Shown in pieces: positions 58,363-64,000 of a DNA stretch of 64,000 bases; position 1 is the first letter of the stretch; each line of letters opens with the position of its first letter. The notes beneath the pieces were generated by a model. The model worked only from the letters and a program-made list of their open reading frames with translations, did no database searches and was not told the origin of the DNA. The stretch is from Thermoproteota archaeon (GTDB lineage: Archaea; Thermoproteota; EX4484-205; JAAOZP01), in the NCBI GenBank assembly GCA_049700215.1, contig JBNAVT010000003.1, forward strand, positions 1,366 to 65,365. The letters run 5' to 3'. The position numbers and the translations under genes were made by a program.

Positions 58363-61163
58363 CCAGTTTCTATTTGAACGAGATGAAGCTCGACTCCTTG
58401 AACCGTCATAACTAGGACGCCGATGTTTATCATTTCCCTATCCCCGGTTTTCTCAACCCAGATGTTTACTGTTTTCAAGCCATGCTGCCTGCAGAAGTCA
58501 ACCAGTTTGGCCAGCGTTGAGTTAGCCGTGCTCTGAAAATCTCCAGCCTTAACGTATCCAATCCTGTAGATAACGTTGGCAGAAACACTGACCGGCTCAG
58601 CTACGTACAGCCCATTCGCAACGAGGAATGCTCTAACCTGTTGGAGGTAATCCGGTTTAACAGTAATGTTCGCAGAAACTGTTGAAACATATGCTGCAAA
58701 GGTTGATCTTGAAACCTCAACCCAGTCATCAACGTTTCCAACCTGGTAGATGCCTATTTTGCTTGTTTGAGGATTATAAACCACAACCATGGTGACGTAG
58801 GCGACTTGGGCGCTTATCGAGTAGAACGGGAGTATGAATACCGGCGTGTTATTCACCAGTTGAACCATCAGGTTGCCTTCAACCCACGAGACTCCGCGCG
58901 TCTGGTGCAGCGTCAATATTTGTTGAACAGTAGGATGGTGAAGAATGCTGTCCATTATCGCACTAAGCCGTGGAACCCTGTTTGGAAACAGTATAAACTC
59001 CTTACTGTCAGGGGTAAAAACATACGCGCCAACAATGTTCACGGAAGCCCCAGGGTTCTGCTGATAATTCTCAACTATGCACAGGGCTACGTATTGGCCT
59101 CCCAGTGAAACATACCTTATGTCGAAAACGCTTTGCGAATATAATTCTCCACTAGGGTCCCTCGGGTAATCTAGCATACCCGTACTCCTATACCAAGAAT
59201 CGTAATCCGTGCTTGAAACCCTGTAAGTATTATATATATCTATTATGCTCCACATAAGGTTCTTAACATACCTCACCTGCGGCTTAAGCCAGGATGGTAT
59301 TGGCTTAACCCAAGACGGGTAGAGGGATTTAAGCGCGTTGACAACATAGTTATCGCTTTTCAAAGACTCGTCAAACATGTAGCCTTGAATACTGCCGTCT
59401 GCAACGTTAACCAGGATGATGGAGAAAAGCCTTCTAAAACAGCCCCCGTTTTCGACGCCATACTTCTCTGTGTCAGCGTACTCAGTGTAAACAGGTTTCT
59501 CAATGAAGGTTGAGAAAGCGAGGTAAAGATTCCCCTCTGGGTCTACAACCGGGTAGGGTGACGGTATACCCGTCCTAGGATCGGTTTCAAGGATTAGAAG
59601 CGGTGCTTTTATCGCTGAAACCCTTTTGTAAGCATCTCTCGTGATCAAGGCGTTTAAAGTATCCCCATAGCCTCCGGAGGCTATGTCAAGCCTTCCTTTA
59701 AGAAGGAAGTAGGCTGCGCGAACCCACCCTGAGAACACATAGTCAGGCGGACCAGTGTAGTTCACCGTCCCGGCTTCCCTCCACTTGCCCGTGTTGACGA
59801 ACACGATCTCCCTTTCTCTGAAAAGCCCTCCCAGACCGTAATAAACCGGCGGGGCATCAACCATCCCGAGGGCTTGGCTTAATGGGACTGTCCTTCCAGT
59901 CGTAGCGTCGAAAGCTAGAATAACCTCGCTGTGAGTATATATGAATGATTCAGCAGTCTCAACGTCAGTCGCCTCCACCATCACGGGGGCTGTGAAGACA
60001 ACCCAGTACAAGCGGCCGTCTTTGAAAAATATCATTGAGGGCTCGCTCCCAGTAATCCACGGTATCCCTCTTCTCGAGAGCTCATAGCTGGTTCTTGACG
60101 ATATGAAGTCGTGACTAGTCAGCCTAACCTTCTCAAGGTCGCTTAGGCTACCCGAGCATTCGACTGTTTCAGAAACATCGTTTAAACCGTTAAGAAGCTT
60201 TACGAGCTCTACGTGCGGCTTAATCCTCGGGTTGAACTCGTAGGAAACCTTGTTAGCATCCCATCCTCCAACAGTCCTGTAGTATGCTTGCGGCAACGCG
60301 TAGCCTAGCAGAACCACAACTATCGCTAGGACGACTAGAATATTCTTAACCACGGCTGCTTTCTTAAAGGGCATTGCTTCCAGGAGGATTTGGAGAATTA
60401 TCAGGATGAAGGATATGTTTAGGGAAATCCTGAATACTGGGCTCGTCACATCGTAGGTAAAAGCAGGATACCAGAAGAGGAAGTATCCTATGAAGACGGC
60501 GGAAACAATGAATCTGAGGAAGGAGGAAGCGGACCTAGCTAACTCGAACATTACCAAGTCGGTCTGAGGCCACTCCGCAGCCTTTTTAACATGCAAGAAT
60601 ATGCGTGAAAACTTGGTGACGATCAAGCCTGTGAAAACTATTGCTACGGAAAACACGTAGAGGATTCTCATAAGCATGATGAAGTCGAAAACCGGCATCG
60701 TGCTGTAGAGCTCCTCGCCGGAGAATGAGAGTGGTTCAAAATATACTTTTTCAAGCCACCTGAGATAGGATTGCAGAAAGTTTTCCGCATTATTCAACAG
60801 AAGTGTTTGAACACTTATTTGCGGGCCTACTGAGGAGAAGAATACGAATGATAATAGAACACTGGGCAACAGTATTAAAGCCGCTGTCTTAAGCCTACGC
60901 TTTAAGACAGAGTACCAGAAGAAGGGGTTTAACACCGCTATTCCTATCAGGATTCCGAGGGCAGCGAACAAGTGGCCGTTTAAAAACATGATGTTAAGAT
61001 AGCTCACCCCCGATTTCACAACGTACATATTGTCGTAAACACTCATCGTGAAAAGCCAGGCGGAGAAGCCGAGCCAGACTAGAAAAACCGCCAGCAATAC
61101 TCCGGCAGCCTTCTTCAAAAGACCGCGGTGATTCACGCCGCTTGAAACCTTTATTTCAGCCAT
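58359..61163 (-). CDS. Large membrane protein, UPF0182-like
   Basis: N-terminal TM bundle; IYTHS, VYYG, PYPVVD, QVRY, GNL, PFY motifs reminiscent of UPF0182. Confidence 0.55.
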   Translation of the reverse strand: MAEIKVSSGVNHRGLLKKAAGVLLAVFLVWLGFSAWLFTMSVYDNMYVVKSGVSYLNIMFLNGHLFAALGILIGIAVLNPFFWYSVLKRRLKTAALILLPSVLLSFVFFSSVGPQISVQTLLLNNAENFLQSYLRWLEKVYFEPLSFSGEELYSTMPVFDFIMLMRILYVFSVAIVFTGLIVTKFSRIFLHVKKAAEWPQTDLVMFELARSASSFLRFIVSAVFIGYFLFWYPAFTYDVTSPVFRISLNISFILIILQILLEAMPFKKAAVVKNILVVLAIVVVLLGYALPQAYYRTVGGWDANKVSYEFNPRIKPHVELVKLLNGLNDVSETVECSGSLSDLEKVRLTSHDFISSRTSYELSRRGIPWITGSEPSMIFFKDGRLYWVVFTAPVMVEATDVETAESFIYTHSEVILAFDATTGRTVPLSQALGMVDAPPVYYGLGGLFREREIVFVNTGKWREAGTVNYTGPPDYVFSGWVRAAYFLLKGRLDIASGGYGDTLNALITRDAYKRVSAIKAPLLILETDPRTGIPSPYPVVDPEGNLYLAFSTFIEKPVYTEYADTEKYGVENGGCFRRLFSIILVNVADGSIQGYMFDESLKSDNYVVNALKSLYPSWVKPIPSWLKPQVRYVKNLMWSIIDIYNTYRVSSTDYDSWYRSTGMLDYPRDPSGELYSQSVFDIRYVSLGGQYVALCIVENYQQNPGASVNIVGAYVFTPDSKEFILFPNRVPRLSAIMDSILHHPTVQQILTLHQTRGVSWVEGNLMVQLVNNTPVFILPFYSISAQVAYVTMVVVYNPQTSKIGIYQVGNVDDWVEVSRSTFAAYVSTVSANITVKPDYLQQVRAFLVANGLYVAEPVSVSANVIYRIGYVKAGDFQSTANSTLAKLVDFCRQHGLKTVNIWVEKTGDREMINIGVLVMTVQGVELHLVQIETG

Positions 61164-61262
61164 CACGTCTGCTCCATCCACTAAGCTTTTAAGCTTATCT
61201 TAGAAAAGATGTTTGAGAGCACTTAAGGTTTTTAACCCTCCAACCCAACCATTGTCGCGGCC

Positions 61263-62261
61263 TTGAGCAGAATACTCGGCAAGGTTCCTCCAAGAATACT
61301 GGAAAAGATCGTCTTCTCAAACCTCGGGGCTCCAAGCAGGAGAGTTATTGTCGGCCCAGGCATAGGTGTCGACAACAGCGTAATATCCTTTAACGGGGTT
61401 AAGATAATTGTTTCCAGCGACCCGGTCACAGGGGCTAGGGAGAACCTGGGCAGGATCGGTGTCGACGTTTCAACCAACGACGTAGCCCTCACGGGAGTAA
61501 AGCCGGAGTTCCTTCTCATCGTGCTCATCCTCCCTCCTAAAGCCAGCCATGAGGAGATCAGGAGGATAATGAGGCAGGCCAGTGTTGAAGCCAAGCGCCT
61601 CGGAGTTACCATAGTGGGGGGCCACACAGAGTACGCGAGCATCGTGGAAAACCCTGTTTTCGTGGGGACGGCAATAGGATGGACCAGGCGCAGGAGGCTT
61701 GTCACTTCGAGCAGCGCTAAAGCCGGTGAAAACATAGTGATGGTTGGGGAGGCCGGTGTCGAGGGAACATCCATTCTCGCATCCGACCTTGGGGGGAAGC
61801 TGGTGGAGAAAGGGGTTCCCCCGCAAGTCTTGAGGAGAGCAAGAAGGCTTGTTGAAAAACTGAGCATAGTTAAGCCCGCGCTGGTCTCTGCGGAATATGC
61901 TTCGGCGATGCACGACCCTACGGAGGGTGGTGTGCTCGGCGGCATATTCGAAATATGCGAGGCCTCTGGAAAAGGGTGTGTCGTAAACATAGAGTCCATA
62001 CCGGTTAGGAGGGAGACTAGGATGATATGCGAGAGGCTTGGGCTAGACCCTCTTAGGCTCGTGAGCTCCGGAACCCTTTTAGCTACGGTGAGCAGGTCTA
62101 AAACACCGAGGCTGTTGAGAAAGCTTCGCGAGAAGGGGTTTAAGGCGCGCGTCATAGGGAGGGTGACGAGAAATAGGAGTGAAAGGATCGGGCTGCTCGG
62201 CGGTAGAGAAATCAGGATAAACGAGCTTCCTCAAGACGAGCTTTGGAAAGCTACCGGCTGA
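61263..62261 (+). CDS. AIR synthase-related (HypE/ThiL-like) protein
   Basis: GPGIGVD, SSDPVTG, NDVA, VGGHTE, MHDPTEGG, LVSSG. Confidence 0.85.
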   Translation: MSRILGKVPPRILEKIVFSNLGAPSRRVIVGPGIGVDNSVISFNGVKIIVSSDPVTGARENLGRIGVDVSTNDVALTGVKPEFLLIVLILPPKASHEEIRRIMRQASVEAKRLGVTIVGGHTEYASIVENPVFVGTAIGWTRRRRLVTSSSAKAGENIVMVGEAGVEGTSILASDLGGKLVEKGVPPQVLRRARRLVEKLSIVKPALVSAEYASAMHDPTEGGVLGGIFEICEASGKGCVVNIESIPVRRETRMICERLGLDPLRLVSSGTLLATVSRSKTPRLLRKLREKGFKARVIGRVTRNRSERIGLLGGREIRINELPQDELWKATG

Positions 62262-62979
62262 ACAGCCTTGGCTGACCTATTCTCCTCCCTACCGCGTTGC
62301 AAAGCGGCACAGCTATAAGTGTCCCGAGGAAGGTTTGGGCAAAGTTTGCAGGCACCTCGAATATTGCTCCCAACTGATATAGGAAAAGCTCGTAGAGGAA
62401 GTATCCTAGAACCATTTCGAAGCCCCCTATGAAGCAAGGCACTATTAACAGCAGGTTCTCCCTGTAGACTCTTAAGATAAAGATCAGCGAAGCCGCTAGA
62501 ACAATAAGGATTGAGAAGAGAATAGGCTGATATGCTACTGTGGCAGAGTATACTGTAAGCAGCGAAACCTCAGCCTCTCCCGAGAAAAGAACTATGACTA
62601 GTACTATTCCGAGAACCACTGTGGGAACCGGTAGGAAAACCATCAGGAGGCGAGTGGCACGGGACTCCCTCCGCGCGAAAACATCGTGGAGGAAGCCGGT
62701 TAACAGGCCTTCAACGCCTTTAATGACAAGTGTTGCGGGAGCATACACGGTATAGCCTAGGAACAGGTCGCTCAGCATGGATCCTAATCCGCCTGCGACA
62801 CACCCTACAAAGGGGCCGAATAATAAGGCGGTTAGGAAAATCATGGAGTCGCCCAGGTTAAAGTATCCCCTGGTTGCCGGGATGTAGATTGAGATGGATG
62901 CTGTCGCCACGAAGACTAGCGCGGTGGACATGGCTGTTGAAGAGACAAGCCTAGCCTTTGAAACGTTTTGACTTAGCAT
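62251..62979 (-). CDS. ECF transporter S component
   Basis: IPATRGYFNLGDSMI, GGLGSMLSD, APATLVIKG, MVLGYFLYE. Confidence 0.85.
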   Translation of the reverse strand: MLSQNVSKARLVSSTAMSTALVFVATASISIYIPATRGYFNLGDSMIFLTALLFGPFVGCVAGGLGSMLSDLFLGYTVYAPATLVIKGVEGLLTGFLHDVFARRESRATRLLMVFLPVPTVVLGIVLVIVLFSGEAEVSLLTVYSATVAYQPILFSILIVLAASLIFILRVYRENLLLIVPCFIGGFEMVLGYFLYELFLYQLGAIFEVPANFAQTFLGTLIAVPLCNAVGRRIGQPRLFSR

Positions 62980-63054
62980 GTGGAGGAGGATAAGCCCGCT
63001 GAATAAAACACTTGCCTTATATTAAGGCCTATAGTAAGATGATGCCTGCTGGTT

Positions 63055-63867
63055 CTACTGTTTCGAAAACAGTTTAAACAGGTAGCTTGCTGAAAACAGG
63101 ATTATTGAGGCTAAGGCTATCGATCCGCTCGTCGGGATGTCCAAAAGCAGCGATGCCACGACGCCTCCAAGCCCAGATAGGACTGCCACCGTGAAGGACA
63201 CTGTCAGCATCATGCTTACGCGGCGCACCAGCAGCCTTGAGACTGCTGCCGGGATTACGAGAAGCGTGACGGAGAGCAGAATACCCATAGTTCTCGCCAC
63301 GACAGCGACGGTTAACGCGGAAACGGTGAAAAGCAGGGAGTCGTACAGCCCAGTTTTAAGCCCGAATGATTCAGCGGTCTCCATGTCGAAGCAAATGTAG
63401 ATAAACTCCCTGTAGAATATTGCGGCGGCGACGAGTGCAACGGTTGACGCAACCGCTAGGCTGAGCACATCCATGTCCGACAGGAGTAGAGGGTCGCTCA
63501 ACAGATAACTGTCCACCACCATCCTTCTCTCCATCGGCAGGTAGCTTCTTATAATAGCGTAGAGCATTACGCTTACAGCTAGGGAAACGCTGAGCATCAT
63601 GCCCAGGGCTTGCTGACTGCTCTTGCCAACGCGGGAAACGAATATGGATGTTGCCACGCAGAATATTATTGCGAATACAAACGGGTCCGCCACCCCCGGT
63701 AGGAAAGCCTGGATTAAAACTCCCACGGCTGCACCGCCCAACGCGGCGTGCGAAACCTCAGGGGTGACGTAGAGAGCTCCTCTTAAAAGCATTATTACTG
63801 AAACGGGTGCTGAGAAGGCGGCGAAAAGAACTCCGAGGATCGCTCTTAAAACAAACGGGTCAAGCAT
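63055..63867 (-). CDS. Zn/Mn-type metal ABC transporter permease
   Basis: SHAALGG, ICFD, G.LL...LLVIPA, D.PTSG; hydrophobic. Confidence 0.82.
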   Translation of the reverse strand: MLDPFVLRAILGVLFAAFSAPVSVIMLLRGALYVTPEVSHAALGGAAVGVLIQAFLPGVADPFVFAIIFCVATSIFVSRVGKSSQQALGMMLSVSLAVSVMLYAIIRSYLPMERRMVVDSYLLSDPLLLSDMDVLSLAVASTVALVAAAIFYREFIYICFDMETAESFGLKTGLYDSLLFTVSALTVAVVARTMGILLSVTLLVIPAAVSRLLVRRVSMMLTVSFTVAVLSGLGGVVASLLLDIPTSGSIALASIILFSASYLFKLFSKQ

Positions 63868-64000
63868 GCTTATCACCTAGGATGAAGACCCTCCGGCCCT
63901 CTCTTTCAACAGTCCTTAAACAAGGATAGATCGGCTTCAGCTTGTCCTCGCTTAAAACCTCGCTCGGATCCCCGTAAACGCAGACAACCCTGTTCAAAAC
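63860..64000 (-). CDS. C-terminal end of a metal ABC transporter ATPase (partial)
   Basis: VLNRVVCVYGDPSEVLSEDKLKPIY...GDKHA*; overlaps the permease start. Confidence 0.7.
   Translation of the reverse strand, partial: VLNRVVCVYGDPSEVLSEDKLKPIYPCLRTVEREGRRVFILGDKHA

Noticed and set aside
61232-62155. 307-aa minus-strand ORF
   Set aside because: Antisense shadow of the AIR synthase-related gene; Ser/Thr/Pro-rich composition typical of shadows.
1-64000. tRNA, rRNA, transposase or provirus genes
   Set aside because: None recognised by eye; a covariance-model search would be needed to exclude small RNAs.

Overview
Archaeal chromosomal segment. TATA-box promoters, archaeal-type AlaDH, a PUA protein and stand-alone RAM domains point to an archaeon, and the content suggests a thermophilic, carbohydrate-degrading TACK lineage (taxonomy is inference only). 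It carries housekeeping genes (guaB, purC, purM, hppA, HtpX-like and DUF89 proteins, ECF and metal ABC transporters). It also has a large glycan/sugar catabolic region (xylB, CE7 esterase, GH172, two GH38 mannosidases, glycosylasparaginase, ceramidase-like hydrolases, DUF5107-TPR) and at least five toxin-antitoxin-like pairs. Three observations stand out. (1) A short palindromic motif, consensus (T)TAGCGCGC(GC)nTA(A/G) with C>T-type variants, occurs about 30 times, almost only in decayed or accessory spacers. It sits exactly at internal deletion junctions of several genes, at both ends of gene remnants and around TA modules, which suggests an undescribed deletion/end-joining or recombination process that leaves a stereotyped scar. 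(2) A three-gene membrane system of two OPT-like paralogs and a giant degenerate-M28/FtsX fusion, with no ATPase, lies among N-glycan-degrading enzymes. (3) A LAGLIDADG intein interrupts alanine dehydrogenase. No rRNA, tRNA, CRISPR array, transposase or integrase was recognised.
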